Shown: piece by piece, positions 29,449-38,993 of the stretch | Numbering within the stretch: position 1 is the first letter of the stretch | Layout of the letters: each line of letters begins with the position of its first letter | Source of the DNA: an uncultured Chloroflexia bacterium | GTDB lineage: Bacteria; Chloroflexota; Chloroflexia; Thermomicrobiales; UBA6265 | Reading direction: 5' to 3' | Assembly: GCA_963724295.1 (NCBI GenBank) | Contig: CAVRUC010000008.1 | Span: 1 to 64,000 of the forward strand | Length of the DNA: 64,000 nucleotides | Program-made: the position numbers and the translations under genes | The notes under the pieces: generated by a model | Databases searched by the model: none | What the model was told of the DNA's origin: nothing | What the model saw: the letters and a program-made list of their open reading frames with translations, nothing else

Positions 29449-30945
29449 ATGGTGACGGGCACCGTGACGTCTGCCACGCGGCGACATGGAGTCGTTTCCG
29501 GAATCATGGCGGCAGTCGTTCTGGCCGGCCTTGGCATCGTCCTCGCGCCGATGGCCGAGAGCACGGCGCCGCATGACGGGCAGGCGAGCGCCGCCATCCG
29601 TTCCATGCACTTGCAGATCGCGCTCACCCCGCAGGCGTTGCAAGTGGCTGCCGACGCCACGGCCACGCCGACTCCGCGGGTGATCGTCATCCAGCGGACA
29701 CCGATGCCCAGTCCTCCGGCGACCGCAACCGCGCCGCCTAACAGGGCCGCGCTGCCGACAGCAACACCGCAGGTCATCACGATCGAGACGCCGGCCGCTA
29801 CAGGCAACACGCCGACTCCAACCGCAGCCGCGGCGCCAACACGTCCGCCGCCGACGGCGACCCCGCTGCCCACGGCCACACCGATACCCACGGCTACACC
29901 GACCGCGACCCCACTGCCGACGGCGACGCCGAGCCCGACGCCGGACGTTGCCCCGACACTGGCTCCCGCTCGCGACGTCCGCCTGCAATTCACCGCGGAG
30001 GACTGGGTCGGAGGGTATTACCGAGGTGACGGCCAGGCCTACGGTCGACCCTGGACGGCGGTCTACGGCGCGTTGAGCGACTATCCGCGGGCGACCCTTG
30101 GCTTTACGCTCGATGCCACGCCCGGCAGAGAGGCGACCATCAGCATTGCCGGGTTGGACGATGAGTGGCAGGCGCTCAATCCGGTGGCCCTGGAGGTCAA
30201 CGGCGAAGCGGTCTTCTCCGGGCCAAGCCCGTACCTGAACTGGGACGGCGTCGGAAACGGCGCGGATGCCGCCTGGACGACGGTGCCCTTCACGATCCCG
30301 AGCGGCCTGCTGCGCGCGGGACCGAACGAAATCGCCTTTACCAACCTCAGCCCGGTCGCCAGTTTCAATTCGCCGCCGTACGTCCTTCTCGCGGACGCCA
30401 CCCTGGAAATCTCGGGTCGAGCAACCGGGGATCCGACGACGGTCCCGATCGCCCCGTCAGGCTCGGCGGGCGCCTTCACCGCGGCGGACTGGATTGGTGG
30501 GTTCTACCGCGGCGACGAACAGTTCTACGGCCGGCCGTGGTCGGCCATCTATGGCGCCGCGAGCGAGTACCCGCGGGCGACGCTCCGATTCAGACTCGAC
30601 GCGCGGCCAAGCGGGCCGGCGACGCTGAGGTTGACCGGCCTGGACGACGAGCTGGCAGAACTGAATCCAATCGCGATCGAGGTGAACGGCCAGCAGGTCT
30701 TCAGCGGACCCAGCCCGTTCCTGAACTGGAATGGAGCCGGCAATGGCGAGGATGCCGCCTGGACCGAGGTCACGGTGACCATCCCGGCTGACGTCCTGGA
30801 ACGCGGCCGGAACGAGATCACCATCGCGAACCTGAGCCCTAGCGGAAATTTCAACGCACCACCCTATGTCCTGCTCGCCGATGCCTCCCTGGAGGCGCCG
30901 GGAGCCAGAGTCACCCCTCTCAACCAGGACGAATCTCGCGGCTAG
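29449..30945 (+). CDS. Exported/anchored protein with Pro/Thr stalk and two tandem ~140-aa aromatic-rich beta domains
   Basis: N-terminal hydrophobic helix, PTATP repeats and a duplicated domain FTAxDWxGGxYRGD..YGRPW...FNxPPYVLLADA. Confidence 0.85.
   Translation: MVTGTVTSATRRHGVVSGIMAAVVLAGLGIVLAPMAESTAPHDGQASAAIRSMHLQIALTPQALQVAADATATPTPRVIVIQRTPMPSPPATATAPPNRAALPTATPQVITIETPAATGNTPTPTAAAAPTRPPPTATPLPTATPIPTATPTATPLPTATPSPTPDVAPTLAPARDVRLQFTAEDWVGGYYRGDGQAYGRPWTAVYGALSDYPRATLGFTLDATPGREATISIAGLDDEWQALNPVALEVNGEAVFSGPSPYLNWDGVGNGADAAWTTVPFTIPSGLLRAGPNEIAFTNLSPVASFNSPPYVLLADATLEISGRATGDPTTVPIAPSGSAGAFTAADWIGGFYRGDEQFYGRPWSAIYGAASEYPRATLRFRLDARPSGPATLRLTGLDDELAELNPIAIEVNGQQVFSGPSPFLNWNGAGNGEDAAWTEVTVTIPADVLERGRNEITIANLSPSGNFNAPPYVLLADASLEAPGARVTPLNQDESRG
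29989..30894 (+). repeat. Intragenic direct duplication (about 29989-30411 and 30475-30894)
   Basis: Two highly similar copies visible in protein and DNA (e.g. GLDDE, EVNG, FSGPSP, LNWxGxGNG). Confidence 0.85.
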
Positions 30946-30996
30946 CCCGATCGGGCTAGCCGCGACGATACGGGTGATGACTGAAGCGGGAATACG

Positions 30997-31896
30997 TCAG
31001 CTGGCGACCATGCGGTTGCGGAGCTTGCCGAGCCCCTCGACCTCGACCTCGACCACGTCTCCCGGCACCATCCACCGCTTCTCGGCCATCCCGAGGATGA
31101 CGCCCTCCGGCGTGCCGGTGATGATCACGTCGCCTGGCTCGAGCGTGAAGTGGCGGCTGATGTAGGCAATGATCTCCGCCACCGGGAAGATCATGTCGTC
31201 GGTGTTGGAGTTCTGGCGCAGCTCACCATTCAACCAGGTGCGGATGGCGAGCTTCTGGGGATCCGGCACCTCATCCGCGGTGACCAGGTACGGTCCGATC
31301 GGCATGAACTTGTCCATCGTCTTGCCGAGGATCCACTGGCTGGTCCTGTTCTGCAAGTCACGCGCGCTGAGGTCGTTTGCCGTCGCGTAACCGAAGACGC
31401 TGTTCAGGGCGTCGGCCGCCGAAACGTTCTTCGCGGTCTGGCCCATCACGACGGCCAGCTCGACTTCGTAGTCGTACTGCGTCGCCGCATCAGTCAACGG
31501 CACATCCTCATCCGGCCCGGCGACGGTGTTCAGGAACTTGGAGAAGAGCACCGGCGACGTCGGGATCGCCGCGCCGGTTTCCTCGGCATGCTTGCGGTAG
31601 TTCAGCCCAACGCAGACGATCTTGCCGGGGTTTGGCACCGCCGGTCCCAGCGTCAACGACGCTTCGTCCATTAGCCAGGATGATCCGCTCCCATCCGTGG
31701 CCTCGGCACGTGCGACAAGATCGGCAAGTGCGGAACGCGCGGTGTCTCCACCCGCGATGGCCGCCTCGATCGTTTGTGGCAACCGGCCATCTCCTTGACC
31801 GAGCGCCGCTTGGGCCGCCGCGACGTCGATCACCCCGCGGGCGCTCTTCACGGCGAGCCGCAAATCGTCGCCATCCCGAATCGTGAGCAGAATCAT
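30997..31896 (-). CDS. Fumarylacetoacetate hydrolase family protein
   Basis: KIVCVGLNYRKH, DYEVEL, NDLSARD and GDVIITGTP. Confidence 0.93.
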   Translation of the reverse strand: MILLTIRDGDDLRLAVKSARGVIDVAAAQAALGQGDGRLPQTIEAAIAGGDTARSALADLVARAEATDGSGSSWLMDEASLTLGPAVPNPGKIVCVGLNYRKHAEETGAAIPTSPVLFSKFLNTVAGPDEDVPLTDAATQYDYEVELAVVMGQTAKNVSAADALNSVFGYATANDLSARDLQNRTSQWILGKTMDKFMPIGPYLVTADEVPDPQKLAIRTWLNGELRQNSNTDDMIFPVAEIIAYISRHFTLEPGDVIITGTPEGVILGMAEKRWMVPGDVVEVEVEGLGKLRNRMVAS

Positions 31897-31955
31897 TCGC
31901 CGTCCTCTCCCTTTCGCTCTCGCCCGGTGCGTCCGCACCGGTCATGACGATGCGT

Positions 31956-33140
31956 TTATGCCTGCAGTGCCGCGGTCCCGGCCAGCGGCAGCGCGCCGTG
32001 TCGCTCCGCGAAGCGGACGATGCGCCGGCAGCCTTCGGCGAGGTCGTCGTCGGCCGTTGCCAACGAGATGCGGACCATCCCCTCCGCCACATCACCAAAT
32101 GTCGAGCCGGGCGCGGCCGCCACGCGTTCCTCCTCCAGGAGCATGCGTGATAGGTCGCGGCTGGGAATGCCCGCGCCACGCAAATCGACCATGGCGTAGA
32201 ACGCCCCTTCCGGGATCGTCGGCAGCAGTCCGACCGGTTCCAGGATCTCTCGCACCAGGTCGCGCCGGCGCTGATATGCCGCCCGCATCTCCTCGACCGC
32301 GTCCTGCGGACCACGTACCGCCGCCTCGGCGGCGGCCTGGGAGATGGCCGGTGGGCAGGAGACGAGCGCTTCCTGGATCTTGCCGCAGAGAGCGACCAGC
32401 TCCGGATTGGTGATCGCCCAGCCGATGCGCCAGCCGGTCATCGCGTAGCTCTTGGAGACGCCCGAGATGGTGATGACCCGCTCCGCGTCGAACCGTGCCG
32501 CCGGCACATGCTCGCCCGCGAAGATGAGGTCCTCGTAGATCTCGTCCGAGATGAGCCAGAGGTCGTGCTTCCTGGCCAGCTCGACCAGCGAGCGCACGGT
32601 CTCCTCGGGAAAGACCGCCCCGGTCGGGTTCGACGGGTTGTTGATGATGAGCGCCTTCGTGCGCGGTGTGATTCGCTCCTCGATTTCGCCGATCCGCGGC
32701 AGGTACCCGTTCTCGGGGCGGAGCGGATAGCGCACCGGAGCCGTGCGCGCCAATTCGATCATCGAGACGTAATTCGGCCACCCCGGATCGGGGATCAGGA
32801 TCTCATCCCCTTCCTCGGCGATACCGGCGACGATCGCCGCCAGCGCATTGACCGCGCCCGCCGTGACCAGGACCTCCGCCGGCGCGATGGGCCGGCCGAA
32901 CTTCCGGCTGTAGCGCTCGGCGACCGCCGCCCGAAGTCCCGGCAGACCGGCGTTCGGGGTGTACTTGGTCGTCCCGCCATGGGCCGCCGTTGCCGCGGCG
33001 TCGATGATGTGCGCCGGCGTGTTGAAGCTGGGCTCCCCGACGACGAGGATGATGACATCGTCCATCTGGCGGGCGAGATCCAACACCTCGCGAATCCCGG
33101 AGCGCGGCAGCGCCTGGGCGAGAGCCGAACGCGGTTTCAT
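31956..33140 (-). CDS. PLP-dependent aminotransferase class I/II
   Basis: NNPSNPTG, SDEIY and SKSYAMTGWRIG. Confidence 0.93.
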   Translation of the reverse strand: MKPRSALAQALPRSGIREVLDLARQMDDVIILVVGEPSFNTPAHIIDAAATAAHGGTTKYTPNAGLPGLRAAVAERYSRKFGRPIAPAEVLVTAGAVNALAAIVAGIAEEGDEILIPDPGWPNYVSMIELARTAPVRYPLRPENGYLPRIGEIEERITPRTKALIINNPSNPTGAVFPEETVRSLVELARKHDLWLISDEIYEDLIFAGEHVPAARFDAERVITISGVSKSYAMTGWRIGWAITNPELVALCGKIQEALVSCPPAISQAAAEAAVRGPQDAVEEMRAAYQRRRDLVREILEPVGLLPTIPEGAFYAMVDLRGAGIPSRDLSRMLLEEERVAAAPGSTFGDVAEGMVRISLATADDDLAEGCRRIVRFAERHGALPLAGTAALQA

Positions 33141-33283
33141 CCTACCTACCCCCAATGCACGAGCAAAAACGTGACGAGCGAGACCGCCGTGAACCGTCGC
33201 TATAGTATCGCGGGCAGCGGCGGCGAACGTCGCCGCCAATCTTCGATCCTCGTGTGTGACGATGGCTCGTGCCGGGAGCACAG

Positions 33284-34411
33284 GTGCGCATCCACGATAT
33301 CCAGGCCATCGGACTGGCCGGGGCAACCCCGAAAGGCGGGTGGAGTGAGGAGCTTCGCCCGGAATACACGGTCCACACCCTCATCATCGTCCGCACGGAC
33401 GAGGGTCTGAGCGGAACCGGCAGTGTCTTCACCAACGCCGGACTGGTCCGCGCCGCCCTGGCCGTGATGGAGCCGCTGTACCAGGGAGAGAATGCGCTGG
33501 AGCCAGAGCGCGTCAGCGAAAAGCTCCATCAGCACACCTTCTGGCTGGGGCGGGGCGGGAGTCTCACGCACACGATCAGCGGCATCGATATCGCCCTGTG
33601 GGACATTCTGGGACAAGCAACGGCGCAGCCGGTGGGCCGGCTCCTGGGCGGCCGCTACCGGGATCGGGTGCGGCCGTACGCATCGATCCTGATGGACCAA
33701 CCGGAGCCACTCGCCGAGCACCTGCGCCAGATTGCGGCGCGCGGCTTCCAGGCGTTCAAGATCGGCTGGGGTCCGTTTGGCCGCCGCAGTCAGACGCTTG
33801 ACGAGCAGATCGTCCGTGCCGCCCGCGACGCCGTTGGTCCCCTTGCGCAGCTGATGGTGGATGCCGGCGGCAGCGACGCGTTCTGGTCCAATGGGCTGAA
33901 ATGGGCGCTGCGAGCGGCCGATATGCTCGCGGCGTACGACGTTACCTGGTTCGAGGAGCCCTTGAACCCTGATGCGCTCGACGATTTCGTGCTGCTACGC
34001 CGGCAGGCGCCGGTGCCGATCGCCGGTGGGGAAGTGCTGACCCGGCGACAGGCCTTCGCCCCCTGGTTGCAGGCGGGCGCGTTCGACATCGTGCAACCCG
34101 ACGTGACGAAGGTCGGTGGCATCTCCGAGGAGCGGCGCATCGGCTGGATGGCGCAAGAGCACGGCGCCCGATTCATTCCGCACGGCTGGAACACGGCGAT
34201 CGGTCTCGCCGCCGATCTGCACCTGGCCTCGGCATTTCCAGATACCGACCTCGTCGAATACATCGACGGCTCGCCGTACGTGGACGAGATCGTCACGGAG
34301 CCGTGGCGTCTCGGCGAAGATGGCATGCTGGCCATCCCGGACAGTCCCGGCCTGGGAATCCAGCTCGATCCGGACGCCGTCGCGCGCTTCGGCGACGCGC
34401 CTCTGCCCTGA
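33284..34411 (+). CDS. Mandelate racemase subgroup enolase (probable acid-sugar dehydratase)
   Basis: SGIDIALWDI, metal ligands in MVDAG, FEEP and GGE, plus QPDVTK and PHGW; KIGWG in place of KxK. Confidence 0.9.
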   Translation: MRIHDIQAIGLAGATPKGGWSEELRPEYTVHTLIIVRTDEGLSGTGSVFTNAGLVRAALAVMEPLYQGENALEPERVSEKLHQHTFWLGRGGSLTHTISGIDIALWDILGQATAQPVGRLLGGRYRDRVRPYASILMDQPEPLAEHLRQIAARGFQAFKIGWGPFGRRSQTLDEQIVRAARDAVGPLAQLMVDAGGSDAFWSNGLKWALRAADMLAAYDVTWFEEPLNPDALDDFVLLRRQAPVPIAGGEVLTRRQAFAPWLQAGAFDIVQPDVTKVGGISEERRIGWMAQEHGARFIPHGWNTAIGLAADLHLASAFPDTDLVEYIDGSPYVDEIVTEPWRLGEDGMLAIPDSPGLGIQLDPDAVARFGDAPLP

Positions 34412-34486
34412 GCTGACTCCGCTCTGCGCGCACGGTTGCCAGCAACACCTGAAGCATCGACGAGTCGTTACCCCGGAGGACATCTC

Positions 34487-35320
34487 GTGATCTTCAACAG
34501 TCCGGAACGCATTGCCGCGCTCACCCCGCTCTACCAGGAGGAGCGCTTCGCCGATGGCCGGCCGCGCGTCCCGGACGAGATCCTGGAGCGGATGCGGCAT
34601 GTCACCAACGACGAAGCTTGGGGTGTGGTCGAACGCGGACACGACTATCACTTCCAGTTCGAGGGGAACTGGGTCAATCTCCATCCCGACCGCGTCCTCG
34701 TCGGTCGCGCGGTCACCGTGCGCATGGTGCCGTTGCGTCCTGACTTGGAGGGGGTCGTCCAGGATCTCGGCGCCGCCGAGGGTCGCAGTGGCGGGCAGAA
34801 CACCTGGGTGATCGATACCCTGCTCCCGGGCGACGTGCTGGTCGTCGATCTCTTCGGCAAGATCGAGGACGGCACCTTCATCGGCGACAACCTGGGGACC
34901 GCCATTTCGGCCCGCGCCGGGACCGGGCTCGTCGTCGACGGCGGTATTCGCGATCTGGAGCGGGTCTATCAGCTCCCCGATTTCAATGTCTTCTGCCGGG
35001 GCGTGCACCCCTCCGCCATCCTGGATGTCACCATGGTCGAAGTGAACGGCCCGATCCGCATCGGTAACGCGACGGTGATGCCGGGCGACGTCGTCCTCGG
35101 CGCCCGCGAGGGGGTCACCTTTGTACCGCCGCACCTGGCGGAGGAGGTGGTCGGGCGCTCCGAAGATGTCCGGCAGCGCGACGTCTTCGGCAAGAGCCGC
35201 ATCGCTGAGGGCATCTATACCTCCGGCCAGATCGACGTCTCGACCTGGGCCGAGGAGATCGAGGCCGACTACGCCGCCTGGTGCGCGGAGCAGGGTCTGG
35301 GAGTAAATACCCGGCGATAG
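34487..35320 (+). CDS. RraA family / HMG-aldolase-like protein
   Basis: GRAVTVR, GDVLVVD, IGDNL, DGGIRD and VMPGDVV; GGAGG before GTG 34487. Confidence 0.85.
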   Translation: MIFNSPERIAALTPLYQEERFADGRPRVPDEILERMRHVTNDEAWGVVERGHDYHFQFEGNWVNLHPDRVLVGRAVTVRMVPLRPDLEGVVQDLGAAEGRSGGQNTWVIDTLLPGDVLVVDLFGKIEDGTFIGDNLGTAISARAGTGLVVDGGIRDLERVYQLPDFNVFCRGVHPSAILDVTMVEVNGPIRIGNATVMPGDVVLGAREGVTFVPPHLAEEVVGRSEDVRQRDVFGKSRIAEGIYTSGQIDVSTWAEEIEADYAAWCAEQGLGVNTRR

Positions 35321-35425
35321 AGCAGCCGACTCGGCCCCTGCTTCGGTCCAGAGCAAGCCCTATCCCGATTGCGGCCCCACCAGCAGGAACCGGTGGCCAA
35401 CGTCCGTGTCAGGAGCAGAATCTCG

Positions 35426-36730
35426 ATGCCAGATCAGGTCACGAGTCGAGAGAGACCGGCGCCCCTGCTGCCACCACCCTGGGATCGCGGTGGTGCTGGC
35501 GGACCCCGGATTCGCGACGTGCGGGTGATTCTTACCGCGCCGGAAGGGATCCGGCTGGTGGTCGTCAAGGTCGAGACCGATGAGCCAGGTCTCTACGGTC
35601 TGGGCTGCGCCACCTTCACGCAACGTCCTCTGGCCGTCGCCACCGCCATCGAGCAGTACCTCAAGCCTCAGGTTGTGGGCAGATCGCCACACGACATCGA
35701 GGACATCTGGTCGATGCTGGCGGTCAGTCCCTACTGGCGCAGCGGACCGGTGGTGAACAACGCCATGTCCGGCATCGACATGGCGCTCTGGGACATCAAG
35801 GGCAAACTCGCGGGGATGCCACTCTACGACCTCCTCGGTGGTCGCTGCCGAACCGCGGCGACCGTCTATGTCCACGCCTCCGGTCGCGATCCAATCGAAG
35901 TCGAGGACGAGGCTCGGGGTTTCATGGAACAGGGGTTTACTCACGTCCGCTGCCAGGTCGCGGTTCCGGGGTCATCGACCTACGGCGTAGACGGTGCGCT
36001 GGACAGCGAGGAACCCCACCCCGCGCACCTCCGGTTGCGGCAGGAGGCGTCGGATCCCAGTGCATACGCGCGGGCTGTCCCGGCGCTCTTCGAGCATCTG
36101 CGCCTCACGCTCGGTGACCGGGTCGAGCTGCTGCACGATATCCACGAACGGGTACCGGCGATCGTCGCGATCGGCATGGCTCGCGAGCTGGAGCGATACC
36201 GCCTCTTCTTTCTCGAAGACCCGCTGGCGCCGGAAGACAACGGCTACTTCCCGCTGCTGCGCCAGCAGACGTGGATCCCGCTGGCCATGGGCGAACTGCA
36301 TGTCAATGTCAACGATTACTTGCCGCTGATCGAGGATCGCCTCATCGACTTCATCAGGGTCCACCTCTCCGCCATCGGCGGCATCACGCCCGCTCGCAAG
36401 CTGGCGGCCGTGTGCGAGCTGTTCGGTGTGCGCACCGCGTGGCACGGACCGGGAGACGTCTCGCCGGTCGGGCACGCGGCGAACCTCCATCTCGACCTCG
36501 CCGTCCCCAACTTCGGCATTCAGGAGGCGCATCGCTTCGACGAGGTCTGCCGGAACGTTTTCCCGGGAACCCCGGAGATTCATGACGGCATGATGTGGGC
36601 GAACGACAAACCGGGGCTCGGCATCGACGTGGACGAGGCGCTGGCGGCGCGCTATCCCTACCCCGAGCACCCACTCAACGGCGCCTGGCCACCGGTGCGC
36701 CTGCGCGACGGCACGGTGCAACGACCGTGA
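35426..36730 (+). CDS. RspA/ManD-like enolase superfamily dehydratase
   Basis: GLGCATFTQR, YWRSGP, RCQ, LLHDIHER, FLEDP, MGE and WHGPGD. Confidence 0.88.
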   Translation: MPDQVTSRERPAPLLPPPWDRGGAGGPRIRDVRVILTAPEGIRLVVVKVETDEPGLYGLGCATFTQRPLAVATAIEQYLKPQVVGRSPHDIEDIWSMLAVSPYWRSGPVVNNAMSGIDMALWDIKGKLAGMPLYDLLGGRCRTAATVYVHASGRDPIEVEDEARGFMEQGFTHVRCQVAVPGSSTYGVDGALDSEEPHPAHLRLRQEASDPSAYARAVPALFEHLRLTLGDRVELLHDIHERVPAIVAIGMARELERYRLFFLEDPLAPEDNGYFPLLRQQTWIPLAMGELHVNVNDYLPLIEDRLIDFIRVHLSAIGGITPARKLAAVCELFGVRTAWHGPGDVSPVGHAANLHLDLAVPNFGIQEAHRFDEVCRNVFPGTPEIHDGMMWANDKPGLGIDVDEALAARYPYPEHPLNGAWPPVRLRDGTVQRP

Positions 36731-36833
36731 AAAGAGACAGCAAAACGCCGACAAGTTCCGCGCTTGCGCGCGAGCCTCATCGGCGTCTGCTGTGCCGCCC
36801 GCTTTCGGAATCGCTCCCGTCCGCGTTTGGCCT
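36728..36833 (-). ncRNA. Candidate small RNA (about 105 nt) ending in an intrinsic terminator
   Basis: Lies downstream of TTGACA-N17-TACGTT; long hairpin acagcagacgccgatgag...cttgtcggcgttttgctgt followed by CTCTTTT, with an inner GCAA-loop hairpin. Confidence 0.45.
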
Positions 36834-36839
36834 ACAGTG

Positions 36840-36868
36840 AACGTACACCCTCCGTGCCCTGGTGTCAA
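36840..36868 (-). promoter_or_regulatory. sigma70-type promoter with no downstream CDS
   Basis: Minus strand TTGACA-ccagggcacggagggtg-TACGTT. Confidence 0.6.
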
Positions 36869-36965
36869 TACCCTAGCGTGCAATACGCGGAGGGTTGAGT
36901 GGGGAGAGCGTCAGCAGTTGGTCGCCAGCCCGGTCCAAAGACCCGGCTTCCATCGCCCGCTAAAT

Positions 36966-37463
36966 CTACCGGCTGGCCATCGCATGCTCCATCTGGAGCA
37001 TCTCGATCGTCGTCGGCGGGATCTGCTGGAAGAGGAAATCCGCCATCGCCTGATCGTCGCGCAGGATCTCCTGGCAGACTCGCACGGTCTCCTGATCGCC
37101 CAGATTTTCCGCCGCGGCGATGAGCGAGGTGTAGCAGGCAATCTCAAAATGCTCGGTACCGTAGTCGTGCAGGGTGTTCTTGATCAGGTCGTCCTTGGCC
37201 AGCTTTGTCGTCATGCCCTGGACGGTGCCCATGACCGCGGCCATCCCCGTCTTGATACCTGACGTTTCTCCACCCATCCGCTCAACGCAACCCTTGACCA
37301 GCTCAGCGTGGCGACGGGTCTGCTCCAGATGCCGTTGCAACCCGGCCTGCATGGCCGGATGATCTTCGGCTTCCGCCGCGTGTTGCTCCAGGACCTGGGC
37401 AATTCCGAGCTCCATGGCATGGGCATCGTTCAGCCAGGCAATCACGAGTTCCTTGTGGGCCAT
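36966..37463 (-). CDS. Ferritin-like DUF892 (YciE/YciF) protein
   Basis: WLNDAHAME, HLEQT and EHFEIACY. Confidence 0.92.
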   Translation of the reverse strand: MAHKELVIAWLNDAHAMELGIAQVLEQHAAEAEDHPAMQAGLQRHLEQTRRHAELVKGCVERMGGETSGIKTGMAAVMGTVQGMTTKLAKDDLIKNTLHDYGTEHFEIACYTSLIAAAENLGDQETVRVCQEILRDDQAMADFLFQQIPPTTIEMLQMEHAMASR

Positions 37464-37516
37464 CTCCGTAACTCCTCTTACTGTTCACAGCCGGCTCCCG
37501 GCCGCACAACATGCAT

Positions 37517-37533
37517 TGCAGGGGTCGTGCCAC
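37517..37533 (-). promoter_or_regulatory. sigma54-type -24/-12 promoter motif
   Basis: Minus strand GTGGCACGACCCCTGCA, near consensus, about 55 nt upstream of the DUF892 ATG. Confidence 0.7.
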
Positions 37534-37618
37534 CATCTGCAGAAACGAATTGGAATCGGAGTACCCACGTTTGCCATGAGCTGGACGCACGATGACCACC
37601 AGGGACAGACCGTAAGGC

Positions 37619-38863
37619 ATGGAACCGAATGAGCCGGCGACTGAGGACGATGCCATCGGCGCAACGGGCAGACGGCCGCCCACGCCAGTGACGCCCCTCG
37701 CCTCACAGGGTGACGGCGTGGCTGATGTTGCTCGAGTCGCGCTCAAGCTCGGTGTGACCGCGTTCGGTGGGCCAGCGGCACACATCGCCATGCTGCGCGA
37801 AGAAACAGTGGTCCGCCGGCAGTGGCTGACCGACGCCTACTTTCTCGATCTTGTCGGCGCGACGAATCTGATTCCCGGACCAAACTCGACCGAGATGGTC
37901 ATTCACGTCGGCTATTTGCGTGCCGGCTGGCGGGGTCTGCTCGTGGCCGGGACGCTCTTCATCCTGCCGGCGGCAACAATCGTGCTGGCGCTTGGCTGGG
38001 CGTACGTCGAGTTCGGGACGACACCGTCCGGGGAATCACTGCTCTACGGAATAAAGCCGGTCATCATCGCTGTGGTCGCTCAGGCCCTGTGGGGTCTCGG
38101 GCGCACCGCGCTCAAGGGACCCTTGCTGCTCGTCATCGGGACGGCGGCGGCCGCACTCTACCTGGTTGGATTCAACGAGCTGGTGATCCTCTTTGGAAGC
38201 GCGCTGCTTGTCCTGATCGCGCGGACCGGGCAGCGCATGTCGCCTCGGCAGCTCGGGGCCGCATTGGCGGCTCCCCTCGGCGGACTACCGCTCACGCTCT
38301 TTCCCGTACCACCGCTGCTTCAGGCGGTTGCGGCGCCGGTGAGCCTGATGACGCTGTTCCTGACGTTCCTGAAGATCGGAGCCGTCCTCTACGGCAGTGG
38401 TTATGTCCTGCTCGCCTTTCTGCGCAACGACTTCGTCGAGCGCCTCGGCTGGCTGACCGATCAGCAATTGCTCGATGCGGTGGCGATCGGCCAGATGACT
38501 CCGGGTCCCGTTTTCACGACCGCGACGTTTGTGGGGTACCTGGTCGCCGGTGTGCCAGGGGCAATCCTGGCCACGGTCGGCATCTTCCTGCCCGCCTTCG
38601 TCTTCGTCACCCTGCTCCACCCGCTGGTGCCGCGCCTTCGCCGCTATCCCTGGACGGCGGCGATGCTCGACGGCGTCAACGTTGCCGCCGTGGGGTTGAT
38701 GGCCGCCGTGACCTGGCTCCTTGGCCGTGAGGCCATCGTCGATCCCTTGACCGCGGCCATCGCCATCGTCGCCGCGTTCCTGCTGATCCGCTTCCGTTTC
38801 AACTCGGCGTGGCTGGTCCTGGTGGGGGCCATCGTCGGCCTCGCGGCCAACCAGCTGAGATAG
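37619..38863 (+). CDS. chrA: Chromate efflux transporter (long-chain CHR)
   Basis: AFGGPAAHI, IPGPNSTE, YGSGYVL and QMTPGP; two CHR halves. Confidence 0.93.
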   Translation: MEPNEPATEDDAIGATGRRPPTPVTPLASQGDGVADVARVALKLGVTAFGGPAAHIAMLREETVVRRQWLTDAYFLDLVGATNLIPGPNSTEMVIHVGYLRAGWRGLLVAGTLFILPAATIVLALGWAYVEFGTTPSGESLLYGIKPVIIAVVAQALWGLGRTALKGPLLLVIGTAAAALYLVGFNELVILFGSALLVLIARTGQRMSPRQLGAALAAPLGGLPLTLFPVPPLLQAVAAPVSLMTLFLTFLKIGAVLYGSGYVLLAFLRNDFVERLGWLTDQQLLDAVAIGQMTPGPVFTTATFVGYLVAGVPGAILATVGIFLPAFVFVTLLHPLVPRLRRYPWTAAMLDGVNVAAVGLMAAVTWLLGREAIVDPLTAAIAIVAAFLLIRFRFNSAWLVLVGAIVGLAANQLR

Positions 38864-38993
38864 TCGTCACTGTGCGGTCACCATGTATGCCGTCAGCGGC
38901 GTGCCTGACTCATTCGGCCGAGAAAAGACCCTGCTTCCGTGGGTACGGAAGCAGGGTCCCTGCTCTGACGCAAATGGAAGCGCTGGCGCGCCT

